Assembly (NCBI GenBank): GCA_024280475.1
Contig: JAJRQA010000183.1
Coordinates: 1 to 42,621 of the forward strand
Length of the DNA stretch: 42,621 nt
Direction: 5' to 3'
Source: Alphaproteobacteria bacterium
GTDB taxonomy: Bacteria; Pseudomonadota; Alphaproteobacteria; Rhizobiales; JAKIUO01
Shown here: in pieces, positions 9,383 to 18,163 of the stretch
How positions within the stretch are numbered: the stretch's first letter is position 1
Layout: the number at the start of each line of letters is the position of its first letter
The notes under the pieces: generated by a model
What the model was told of the DNA's origin: nothing
Seen by the model: only the letters and a program-made list of their open reading frames with translations
The model's database searches: none
Made by a program: the position numbers and the translations under genes

Positions 9383-10192
9383 ATGAACTACATGCGAGCG
9401 GGACCAATCTTACTATTTATCGTCGGCTTCTACATGTTGTTGGCAGCATATTTGTATTTGATGCAAAGACGGCTGTTATATTTTCCTGCAAGCGACTACC
9501 AGACTCCTCAAGAAGCTGGCCTTGAAGGGGTCGAGGAAGTGGTGGTCAAAACCAAATATACCAATCGCTTGCTGGCCTGGTATGCCCCGGCGCCAAAAGG
9601 GCGTCCGACCATCTTGTATTTTCATGGCAATGGTGGATCACTGGCCACAAGGGCAGATCGGCTGGATTTCCTGCGCCAGCAAGGCTATGGCGTTTTGATC
9701 ACGACCTATCGAGGCTATTCGGGGAGTTCTGGCACACCCGCCGAGTTTCCTATCAAGATGGATGCCCTGTATTTTTATCACTGGTTGCAGTCCAGGGGCG
9801 TTTCTGAAAGTGATATTGTACTGTATGGCGAGAGCCTTGGCACCGGTATTGCGGTCGCCACCGCGCTCAATCATCAGCCCGGTGCGGTTATTCTGGAAGC
9901 GCCCTATAGCGCGATTGTTGATATGGCCGCTTCGAAATACTGGTGGATGCCAGTACGATGGTTCATGAAGGATCGCTATGAAAGCGACAAGCTGATCGGA
10001 CAGGTCAGTGCGCCGGTATTTATGGTGCATGGGGAACTTGATGAGGTGATCCCTATTCGCCACGCCAAAAAACTGTTTGCAGTAGCCAGCCAACCAAAAG
10101 AAGCGGTCTGGCTTCAAGACGCTGGTCATAGTGATCTTTATTCAAAGGGCGCGTTCGATCTCATTGCCCGTTTCATTGAGCGGCATTTATAG
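9383..10192 (+). CDS. alpha/beta-hydrolase with N-terminal TM anchor, paralog 2
   Basis: The architecture matches the upstream gene (LYFHGNGGS, GESLGTG, catalytic D/H region VHGELDEVIP...AGHSD). The two are clear tandem paralogs. Confidence 0.75.
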   Translation: MNYMRAGPILLFIVGFYMLLAAYLYLMQRRLLYFPASDYQTPQEAGLEGVEEVVVKTKYTNRLLAWYAPAPKGRPTILYFHGNGGSLATRADRLDFLRQQGYGVLITTYRGYSGSSGTPAEFPIKMDALYFYHWLQSRGVSESDIVLYGESLGTGIAVATALNHQPGAVILEAPYSAIVDMAASKYWWMPVRWFMKDRYESDKLIGQVSAPVFMVHGELDEVIPIRHAKKLFAVASQPKEAVWLQDAGHSDLYSKGAFDLIARFIERHL

Positions 10193-10224
10193 AGTTTGAA
10201 TTTACTCGCTCGTATATTGAAGAT

Positions 10225-11307
10225 CTAATACACGGCGGATACCTTGTATCCGGCCTTTTGCAACAGTCTCACGAGACCGGTATTGCCTGGCAGATGCAAG
10301 GCCCCAACGGCGATGAACACATTGCCCTTTTTGAGCAATGGCAGGGCGCGCCTGGCCATCACCTTGTTACGCTTGATCACCAGCTCACTTTCGAATTTTT
10401 TGAGCGCCGCCAGTTCCTTTTGTATTTGCGTGGCCCCAGCGCCTTGTGCTCTGGCCGATTTTTTGGTGAGATATATGGCGAACTCCCAGAGGGCGGCTGT
10501 ACGTCTTTGCAAATAGAGTTGCGCCATGGTTTCGATCTGATCATCGAGCAAGTCCATCATGCGAAGAGAATTCATCAAGAATTGCTTCTGTTCGTCAATT
10601 GACATGCGATCAAAGGCGGAAAACTGCTCGCGCACTGTTTCAAGGCCAACTAGCCTCGCTCCGGCTTTTTGAGCGGTTTTGGCAATAATCGCATCAACGG
10701 CTTTTAAACCGGCTTTTTGGCGTTTGATCTCGCACAGGGGCAGAGCCAGGCTAAGCATCACGAACCAGGGTTTCATACTGCGCGAGGCGGCATAGGGCAT
10801 ATTATATTTTTTGAGGGTGTTTTTCAGGCGGACCAGTTGTTTTTTAGAGAGCACGGTTTCAAGGGTGCGCCCATCCGTAAACGCGATCAGGCCAATATTC
10901 TTGATGACTTCTCGTTGCATTTTTTGATCGTCAGCGATTTCATCCAATTCCAGAGCAACGGTGCTTGCCCCCTTAAGGGCATCCATGACCGGGCCGGGTA
11001 ACGTGGTGAGGCGTGTGTCCGAGACGTGCATGGTGCCATATAGATAAGAGGCAGGGGTGCCATTGCGCTCGATCTTCCACAAAAGGCCCTTGCCATTGGG
11101 GACTGCGTTTTCTCGCTTGATCAAGGCTTGATAGGCTGCTGTATCTTTTGTTCGCATCTGCTCAAGCAGATTAGTGCCCTGGCAGCTGGGGACACTCGTT
11201 GCCAGAGAAGACGGGCCTTTGGCAAAGGCTGGAGAATTGGCCTGCCATGCAAACAACACGGTAATGGCCAAGGCGAGGAGGACGACGATTGTTCGAACGA
11301 ATTTCAT
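10225..11307 (-). CDS. TraB/GumN family protein, secreted
   Basis: It has a signal peptide and a YGTMHVSD motif characteristic of TraB/GumN (PrgY-like). The start at MKFVR (11307) has an AAGGAA SD. The track ORF extends to 11328. Confidence 0.65.
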   Translation of the reverse strand: MKFVRTIVVLLALAITVLFAWQANSPAFAKGPSSLATSVPSCQGTNLLEQMRTKDTAAYQALIKRENAVPNGKGLLWKIERNGTPASYLYGTMHVSDTRLTTLPGPVMDALKGASTVALELDEIADDQKMQREVIKNIGLIAFTDGRTLETVLSKKQLVRLKNTLKKYNMPYAASRSMKPWFVMLSLALPLCEIKRQKAGLKAVDAIIAKTAQKAGARLVGLETVREQFSAFDRMSIDEQKQFLMNSLRMMDLLDDQIETMAQLYLQRRTAALWEFAIYLTKKSARAQGAGATQIQKELAALKKFESELVIKRNKVMARRALPLLKKGNVFIAVGALHLPGNTGLVRLLQKAGYKVSAVY

Positions 11308-11360
11308 GAGAATTTCCTTGTTTCCCAAAATGTCCCAACGCTTTACAATTCAAGGACTTT

Positions 11361-11458
11361 TTCTTTGTCCTACCGCTTGCGCGATAAGAAGACTCTGTAC
11401 CTGTCCTACCGCTTTCGCTGGATGAGGACTTTATACCTGTCCTGTATCTTTCCAGAAC
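11361..11458. repeat. about three tandem ~36-bp direct repeats (consensus ..TACCTGTCCTACCGCTTtCGC..) in the leader of the TraB/GumN gene
   Basis: Self-comparison shows tgtcctaccgctt at 11366 and 11403 and tgtcct at 11438, and (c)t(c/t)t(g/a)tacctgtcct at 11395 and 11431. Confidence 0.6.
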
Positions 11459-11561
11459 ACTAAAATGAGCTCCCCAGCCAAAACTTCAAGGGGACGAGAC
11501 CGCGATTTTACGTCCGAATTGTGGCTGGGTTTGACTGTGCTGCAAACGGGTTTGCAAGACG

Positions 11562-12533
11562 TTAAATTCTGCGTCTTTTTTGCGACAGGATCAGCGCCCC
11601 TGCTAGCACCAGCACCATGCCTGTAAAGTGCAAGGGAGTGAAGGTTTCGCTTAGTAAAACAATGCCCAGAAAGGTTGTGAATACTGGTCCGATTGCTGAA
11701 AAAAGTGATGTTGGTCCAGGCCCTATTCTTTCGATTGCGGCAGCAATCATGAAGGAAGGGAGGACCGTTGAGATGACCGCGATCAAGAATGTCAGTGCGT
11801 AAACCTCTTGGGGCTGGATCAGCATCTGCAAAGAATGGGTCGCGGAAAAATGAGCAAGGATGGCAATGCTGGCGGCGATCATGGCAAAGCAGGTGAACAG
11901 CCGGGCGCCAAGCTTTTTGATACCAAATTGCGAGAATAAGATATAGCCCGCAAATGTCACCGCCGCTCCCAACACGAAAGCTGCCCCCGTGATGACTTCC
12001 TCGCCAAATAATTGCAAATCCTGCCCGAATATAATGGCCAGACCCGCGTAAGTCACACCCAGAGCCAACAATATTGGAACGGTTACTTTGTGCTTGAAAA
12101 ACAAGGCGCCCAGCAAGATCACGAAGGTTGGATAGGTGAACAGGATCAAGCGCTCGAATTGTGCAGTTATTCGGGTCAACCCTTCAAGATCGAGATAGCT
12201 GGCAATATAATATCCAAGCATGCCGATCAAGGCCGTCTGGATGAGGATTGTGCGGGACAGATCTGTTGGTGTTTTGCTTCGTTTGCGCTCACGATAGGCC
12301 AGCAAGGCAAACAAAACGTAGAAAGGCAGCGAGAATGCCATGCGCAGCGTCATCAGTGTCACAGGGTCGATGTGATAGGCATAGGTGAACTTGATAATGA
12401 TCGGCTTGGTGGAAAACAAGCAGGCCCCCGCAATTGCCAGTAATATCCCTTGTGTAGCGTGAGACATCTCATGGCGGCTCGAGTGGGCTTTTGAGATGTC
12501 AGGTGGCTCTTCCCCGCGAATTTTTTGCGCCAT
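11562..12533 (-). CDS. DMT superfamily (EamA-like) transporter
   Basis: The 323-aa protein has ~10 TM helices and the two-EamA-domain pattern. An AAGGAA SD precedes ATG 12533. Confidence 0.8.
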   Translation of the reverse strand: MAQKIRGEEPPDISKAHSSRHEMSHATQGILLAIAGACLFSTKPIIIKFTYAYHIDPVTLMTLRMAFSLPFYVLFALLAYRERKRSKTPTDLSRTILIQTALIGMLGYYIASYLDLEGLTRITAQFERLILFTYPTFVILLGALFFKHKVTVPILLALGVTYAGLAIIFGQDLQLFGEEVITGAAFVLGAAVTFAGYILFSQFGIKKLGARLFTCFAMIAASIAILAHFSATHSLQMLIQPQEVYALTFLIAVISTVLPSFMIAAAIERIGPGPTSLFSAIGPVFTTFLGIVLLSETFTPLHFTGMVLVLAGALILSQKRRRI

Positions 12534-12761
12534 ATCACTGGTTCCTTGTGTAACAAGTCTTGCTTGTAAACGCGCAGGTTCGCAAGAGAAACTGGTTTAC
12601 CATTTGCTAACCATGTATTTACGTTTCTCTCCAAACCCTTAAAATACTATCTTTTTCATCATCTTAGTAATCTGTTCTCAAATCTTTTTGGGTAAGCTAC
12701 GGGGAGTTTAGTTGTAAGGCGCAAGGGTGCGTGTGTTGAGTAGTAAGTAGTTGGGTATGAT

Positions 12762-15290
12762 ATGGCTTTTGTCGGGATGAACGCTTCTCGCGGTTCACGG
12801 GAGCGGTCTGCATTAAGATCGCAATTGATCGAAAAAGAAACAAAAAATACAAAATTTGGTTTGGAAAAGCCGGCATCTATTGAGCAGGCTTCTCAAGCGA
12901 ATGGCCTTGGATCTCGCGCGCCAGGCAGTCTTTCCATCGGCAGTCCCGGTGCCCTGCTGGTCACCGCAGGTCTGTTGATGGCCTCAGGGTCCAGCCTTAT
13001 CCATATATTGCAGCTTCCCGTGACCACCGTATTTGGCTTGGCCGGGATGGTGTTTGCTACCCTTGGGGTTGCCTTTTTGGTTTCCGAGCGCCGCAAACTA
13101 TGCGAGCAAATGAATATAGGTGATACGACTTCACGCAAAATAGACCATCTGACGAGACAGCTCGATGAGGGCATCGAGTCTTTGCGCGATGTGCAATGGG
13201 AGATGCGTGATAGTGAGTTGCGCTATCGTGATCTGTTGGACAATCAGCTGGATATTATCATGCGCCGTGACCGCACTGGTCGCATCAGTTTTATCAATGA
13301 TGCCTTTTGCGCGACCTTTGGCGCGGACCAAAACACCACCATTGGGGCCTTGTTTGAGCCAGAATATCTGCTGGGAAGCAAAGCCGTACCGTTTGGCCAG
13401 TTCGGCAAATCCGAGCGCTATCAATATGAGCAGCAGCTGAGTACCGAACTTGGGCCACGCTGGTTCAGTTTTGAAGATGTTGCTATCCGCGATGATGACG
13501 GCGAGTTGCGCGAAGTTCATACCGTGGGTCGCGATATTACCGACGAGAAAAAGACGGCGAGCGAATTGCAAGAAGCGCGCGAGCTGGCAGAGCATGCCAA
13601 TCACGCCAAGACCCGTTTTCTGGCGACAATGAGCCATGAAATCAGAACTCCCATGAACGGCATTATGGGCATGACCGATCTGTTGACCGAAAGCAAACTG
13701 AGCCCGGAACAACGGACTTATTGTCATGCCATCAATAAATCCGCCACGACCCTGCTCTCCTTGATTGACGAAATTCTAGATTTCTCGAAGATCGAGGCTG
13801 GCAAATTCGAGATGGTTCAAAAGCCCTATAATATTACTGAATTTGCTCAGGGCGTTGTCGAGCTGATGGCCCCACGGGCGTTTGAAAAAAATCTGTCACT
13901 TGGCTGCTTTGTCTCGCCAGATCTGAGTGATCTGGTGATCGGCGATGAAATGCGCATGCGTCAGATCTTGCTGAACCTGGTTGGCAATGCCATCAAGTTT
14001 ACGGATCGGGGTGGCGTCACTCTTGAGATCAGCTCTGCTGGTAAAAAAGGTGAGCTGTTGCGCTTTTGTGTTTCTGATACCGGCATCGGCCTGTCTAAAA
14101 CCGATATGGAACGAATATTTGTCGAATTTGAGCAAGTTGATAGCTCCAATGCCCGGCGCAATGGCGGCACGGGACTTGGGCTGGCTATTACACGACGTCT
14201 GGTGGAAAAAATGGGCGGCGAAATCAGTGTTAATAGTGTGCGTGCCAAAGGATCTGTATTCACGGTCGATATGGCGCTTGAAAATGCCAAAGGGGCTGTT
14301 TCCTTGCGTGAGCAACTTGTATCTCCGAGCCATGTCAAACGGGCTTTGATTGCTTGCGATCATGAACTTGAGGGACAGTTTATCGGCAAGATGCTGAAAA
14401 GCCATGGCGTTGACGTGGTCGTTCTGGATCGGCTCATGGCTTACGAAATGCTGGAAGATGGCATTGGCGATGGTTTTGATGTGCTGATATGCGATGCTGT
14501 TGAAGCGTCAGACTTCGCGCAAAAGCTTGCTCGCATGGTCGAGCTGCATGCCGGTCGCCCGGTCAAGGGATTGATGTTGATCGAAGCCACTGATCGTCAT
14601 GACTTTGAATCCTTGCGCCACAAGGGTTATGATAACTATGTCACGCGCCCGGTTCGCCATATATCTTTATTGCGACAGCTGGATACACTGCGAGCCAGCC
14701 CGATTGTGCCTTATCCAGAGCCGCATCAAAGTGACTTTGCGCCAAAAACCCTTTCTCTCCAGTGCCTTGCCCCCAACACCGTTGACCTGGCAAGTGACGA
14801 ACAGGTCGAAGAGCGGATCGCCGCGGATCCGGTTTCCATTGCAAAGGAGCCGCGCTCGAAGGTCAACTCTTCCACACAAAAAGCCCGTATTTTACTGGCC
14901 GAAGACAATGAGATCAATGCACTGCTGGGTTGTCGTCTGCTCGAACATATGGGCTATGATGTGACCCATGTAACAGATGGACAGCTGGCATTGACGGCGA
15001 TTAAAAATGCCGATAGCGATCATCAATTTGATGTCGTGTTGATGGATATCCACATGCCACATATGGATGGTATTAGAGCCACCCAGGAAATCCGTGCTTA
15101 TGAAGAATATTGTGGGCTGTTCCTTAACCCGGTGCCGATTATCGCGCTCACCGCAAATGCCTTTGATGAGGTCAAATCCGAATGTTATGCGGTGGGCATG
15201 AATGCCTATCTCGCCAAACCATTTGCCAGAGATGAGTTGCGCAACATCATTGAGAGCTGTCTGCGTACGCGGGCAGAGATGGCGGGCTAG
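12762..15290 (+). CDS. hybrid sensor histidine kinase / response regulator (TM, PAS, HisKA, HATPase_c, REC)
   Basis: It has an N-terminal TM segment, a PAS-like region and an H-box HEIRTPMNGIMGMTDLL. The N/G boxes are NLVGNAIKFT and DTGIGL. The C-terminal receiver domain includes ILLAEDNEIN...VLMDIHMPHMDG...LTANA...K. Confidence 0.85.
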   Translation: MAFVGMNASRGSRERSALRSQLIEKETKNTKFGLEKPASIEQASQANGLGSRAPGSLSIGSPGALLVTAGLLMASGSSLIHILQLPVTTVFGLAGMVFATLGVAFLVSERRKLCEQMNIGDTTSRKIDHLTRQLDEGIESLRDVQWEMRDSELRYRDLLDNQLDIIMRRDRTGRISFINDAFCATFGADQNTTIGALFEPEYLLGSKAVPFGQFGKSERYQYEQQLSTELGPRWFSFEDVAIRDDDGELREVHTVGRDITDEKKTASELQEARELAEHANHAKTRFLATMSHEIRTPMNGIMGMTDLLTESKLSPEQRTYCHAINKSATTLLSLIDEILDFSKIEAGKFEMVQKPYNITEFAQGVVELMAPRAFEKNLSLGCFVSPDLSDLVIGDEMRMRQILLNLVGNAIKFTDRGGVTLEISSAGKKGELLRFCVSDTGIGLSKTDMERIFVEFEQVDSSNARRNGGTGLGLAITRRLVEKMGGEISVNSVRAKGSVFTVDMALENAKGAVSLREQLVSPSHVKRALIACDHELEGQFIGKMLKSHGVDVVVLDRLMAYEMLEDGIGDGFDVLICDAVEASDFAQKLARMVELHAGRPVKGLMLIEATDRHDFESLRHKGYDNYVTRPVRHISLLRQLDTLRASPIVPYPEPHQSDFAPKTLSLQCLAPNTVDLASDEQVEERIAADPVSIAKEPRSKVNSSTQKARILLAEDNEINALLGCRLLEHMGYDVTHVTDGQLALTAIKNADSDHQFDVVLMDIHMPHMDGIRATQEIRAYEEYCGLFLNPVPIIALTANAFDEVKSECYAVGMNAYLAKPFARDELRNIIESCLRTRAEMAG

Positions 15291-15646
15291 TCCAAAAGAC
15301 CCAGCTCGCGCTGTTTTTTCTTGCTTAGCCCGGCTCCCACAAGCTCATGGGAGCGGCTGATGTATATTTTTAGATCCTCGTCGCTCAATCCAGGCTGTGC
15401 GTAGTCCTGTATCCATTTAAAGCCTCGGGAGGCGAGATAGGGGGCCGGGCGCAGGCCCTTTTGCTCCTTTAATATCTCAAAAGACAGCTCTGATGTCTTG
15501 AACGTGTAGGCGGGCTGGTCATCGGCCCATCCGCCAATCGCAAAGACCTTGCCACCGACTTTCCAGACATGCGAGCCGCCCCACTGGATGACATGGGTGG
15601 TGGATATCAGTGCCTCGCAAAATTGATTGAACTCCTCATAAGTCAT
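15287..15646 (-). CDS. MmcQ/YjbR family DNA-binding protein
   Basis: The 119-aa translation resembles the YjbR family (..WGGSHVWKVGGKVFA..). It overlaps the kinase gene convergently by 4 bp. Confidence 0.55.
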   Translation of the reverse strand: MTYEEFNQFCEALISTTHVIQWGGSHVWKVGGKVFAIGGWADDQPAYTFKTSELSFEILKEQKGLRPAPYLASRGFKWIQDYAQPGLSDEDLKIYISRSHELVGAGLSKKKQRELGLLD

Positions 15647-15752
15647 GTTTGTACCACCATTATAAGAACTTCTTTTCTATTGAAATTCTATCGCAATTCC
15701 CTCATCATTTGTAGAGAAATAACACTCTGTAATTTTTGCGAGGGAGCTAGCA

Positions 15753-16733
15753 ATGCTGGGTATGATCAAAAGTTTCGCGGTTTTTGGGTTTTCGCTATTA
15801 TTGATGATTTCATATCAATCCGGGCAGGCATCAGCTCAGTTTGACAATGATAGTTGGCTCAATAATGCTTTTGTCACGCCCTTGCCGAGCAAGATCAAAA
15901 ATGGCAAGTCGGTCACGCAAGGTAAAAGCGCGTCGATCAAGGCTTTGCAAAGCTTCATGGAGAGCGGCGCATTTTTGAGCCCCAGCGATGTCACAAACTT
16001 TTCCAAAAGCATAGAAAGCCTGGTGGGAAATTATTTCTATATCGATAAGAAAAGCGGCCAGTTACAACTGCTCGGTCCAACATTTGTTGAAGCCAATAAG
16101 ACGGTTGGTATCAAGGATGTCATCATATTCAGGGCGATTGTCGACCGTAAATTTGGCACGGGCGCCAAAGTACCCGCGTTTCTTGAATTGCATATGCAAA
16201 AAGATGATTTGACAGAGCTGACTATTCGCAGCATCGCCACCGTTATTGGTAATAGTGGATCGAATATGGTGGCTTGCAACGCCCCGTTTGGTGACTTTGG
16301 TGCCAATAGCGATCAACTCTTTTATATCACCGCGGCGAGTGTTTCCATGATCTATAAGAAAGCCTATCAGCTGCGTGAGCAAAGCGGCTCGGGGCTCATA
16401 TCCATGTTGAACCTCAAGGGCAAAAACTATTTCTCAAATAAACTGGAAACAAGAGTGCCGGTGATCTCGGTTTCTTCGATTCCGGTGCCCTCGATCCCGC
16501 AGGACAAATTTTATCTGTGCGCAAAATATAATGATGCCGTAAAGAGTATCGAGACGGCTTCTTTGACAAAGAAAACCAAGGTTCGTGCCGTGCGTGCGAT
16601 GCGTGCCATGGGGCCAAGCAGGCAGCAGCGCGTCTTGAATAGTCTGGATGCGCAACTGTCCAGTGTCGCGGTCAAGGGGGATGAGAAAGCCGTCATTAAA
16701 CTACGGGGCAAAGTGGTTGAAGTCAGGCAGTAA
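15753..16733 (+). CDS. hypothetical secreted protein
   Basis: The 326-aa protein has a signal peptide (MLGMIKSFAVFGFSLLLMISYQSGQASA-QF) and a GAGGGAG SD. I recognise no family. Confidence 0.55.
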   Translation: MLGMIKSFAVFGFSLLLMISYQSGQASAQFDNDSWLNNAFVTPLPSKIKNGKSVTQGKSASIKALQSFMESGAFLSPSDVTNFSKSIESLVGNYFYIDKKSGQLQLLGPTFVEANKTVGIKDVIIFRAIVDRKFGTGAKVPAFLELHMQKDDLTELTIRSIATVIGNSGSNMVACNAPFGDFGANSDQLFYITAASVSMIYKKAYQLREQSGSGLISMLNLKGKNYFSNKLETRVPVISVSSIPVPSIPQDKFYLCAKYNDAVKSIETASLTKKTKVRAVRAMRAMGPSRQQRVLNSLDAQLSSVAVKGDEKAVIKLRGKVVEVRQ

Positions 16734-16734
16734 T

Positions 16735-17088
16735 CTATCTCACGGCTATTCGCGCTATCGCGCGGCCTCCGATGGGGCGGGCAACGCCCGGCGCGTGGTC
16801 ACGCTTGCCTCCCGTTGGTCGGAATTCTTTTTCCCATGCCATGACTTTTCCATAATAATGAATAACCGATGTACTCATCGGCAAGGCCGACTGGCCGCCG
16901 CGCAATAGCGCGCCTATCGGAGGCCGTGCGTTAGCGCGAATAGCCGTGAGATATATTAAACTCCCCGATGTACTCATCTGCAAGCGTGACCACGCGCCGC
17001 GTTGTTGCGCGCCCTCAGCCCTCAAATAGCGAAGCGGTAGGGCAACGAAAATGCAGGCCGTGCGCAGCACGAATAGCCGTGAGATATA
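16735..17088. repeat. mosaic intergenic repeat element (nested inverted and direct repeats, MITE/RIME-like)
   Basis: A ~39-bp inverted repeat atctcacggctattcgcgctatcgcgcggcctccgatgg (16738-16776) faces cctatcggaggccgtgcgttagcgcgaatagccgtgagat (16913-16952). Direct repeats ccgatgtactcatc(g/t)gcaag lie at 16866 and 16966. The motif gccgtgcg...cgaatagccgtgagatata lies at 16918 and 17050. Confidence 0.7.
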
Positions 17089-18042
17089 TCAAGCTCTAGG
17101 ATGTGCGCCTTGATAGGTCTTTAGCAGATGTTTTTGATCGACTTCGGTGTAGATCTGGGTGGTGGAGAGATTGGCGTGGCCGAGCAGTTCCTGGATTTCG
17201 CGCAGATCGCCGCCATTGCCGAGTAGATGCGTGGCGAAGCTGTGGCGCAGAGCATGCGGCGTGGCTGTGTCGGCAAGGCCCAGAGCGCCGCGCAGGCGCT
17301 GCATGAGCAGCTGGATGATGCGCGGCGAAAGGCGTTTGCCTTTTTCGCCAAGAAACAAGGGGTCATCTCCCTCATTGCCATAGGGACAAAGGAAAAGATA
17401 ATCGGCGATGGCCTTGATGGCCACGGGGAGCACCGGCACAATGCGCTCTTTGCCGCCTTTGCCCTTGATGCGTAGAACGTCTTTGGTGAGAGTTGGGGCA
17501 TCTGCAACATTGAGATTGAGAGCTTCAGATATGCGCAGGCCTGAGCCATATAGCAATAAGAGTACGGCGCTATCGCGAGCCAGCACCCAGGGATCAGCGC
17601 CTTCGCGCTGCACGAGATCGGCGCCGCTCATCACATCTCCAGCTTTCAACTCGCTCAAGGGCTTGGGGACGCTGTGAGGGATTTTAGGCATCTGGACGGC
17701 CAGCACCGCTTGATTTTCAATAATCTTTTGGCGATTGAGAAAGCGGAAGAAACTGCGCAACGCCGAGAGGGAGCGGGCCAGTGAGCGGCTGGAGGTACCT
17801 TGCGCACGGCGGCGCGCCAAAAAGCTGCGAAAACCACGCACATCAATGGCTTCGAGCATATCAATCGTGACGCTTTGCCCTTGATAGCTGGAAAGAAACG
17901 CCATGAACTGGCACAGATCGCGCTCATAGGCCTCAAGCGTTTTGCCTGCCAGACCGCGCTCTGCATCCAGATGACGTAAAAAGAGCTGGATTTGATCGCT
18001 GATCTGGCGTGATACAGGTATGGCAAGAACGTCGGGGTTCAT
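17089..18042 (-). CDS. xerC: tyrosine recombinase XerC
   Basis: It carries the catalytic motifs (R...HxxR...Y) with the C-terminal LRHSFATHLL...LLGHANLSTTQIYTEV, in 317 aa. Confidence 0.85.
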   Translation of the reverse strand: MNPDVLAIPVSRQISDQIQLFLRHLDAERGLAGKTLEAYERDLCQFMAFLSSYQGQSVTIDMLEAIDVRGFRSFLARRRAQGTSSRSLARSLSALRSFFRFLNRQKIIENQAVLAVQMPKIPHSVPKPLSELKAGDVMSGADLVQREGADPWVLARDSAVLLLLYGSGLRISEALNLNVADAPTLTKDVLRIKGKGGKERIVPVLPVAIKAIADYLFLCPYGNEGDDPLFLGEKGKRLSPRIIQLLMQRLRGALGLADTATPHALRHSFATHLLGNGGDLREIQELLGHANLSTTQIYTEVDQKHLLKTYQGAHPRA

Positions 18043-18163
18043 TAGATGTGCGTTCCTTTTAAGGTAAGTCTCAATGTCAAATTAAACGGTTAAACAAATC
18101 TCGTTTTGCGAGTAGTCTGCTCCTTGATTCTTCAAATTTCGCTAACAGGCCAACGATTACCTC

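Noticed and set aside
13131-14405. Long antisense ORFs (198 aa, 169 aa, 125 aa) inside the hybrid kinase gene
   Set aside because: They lie opposite a domain-rich, confidently called CDS. This is a typical GC-rich antisense frame artefact.
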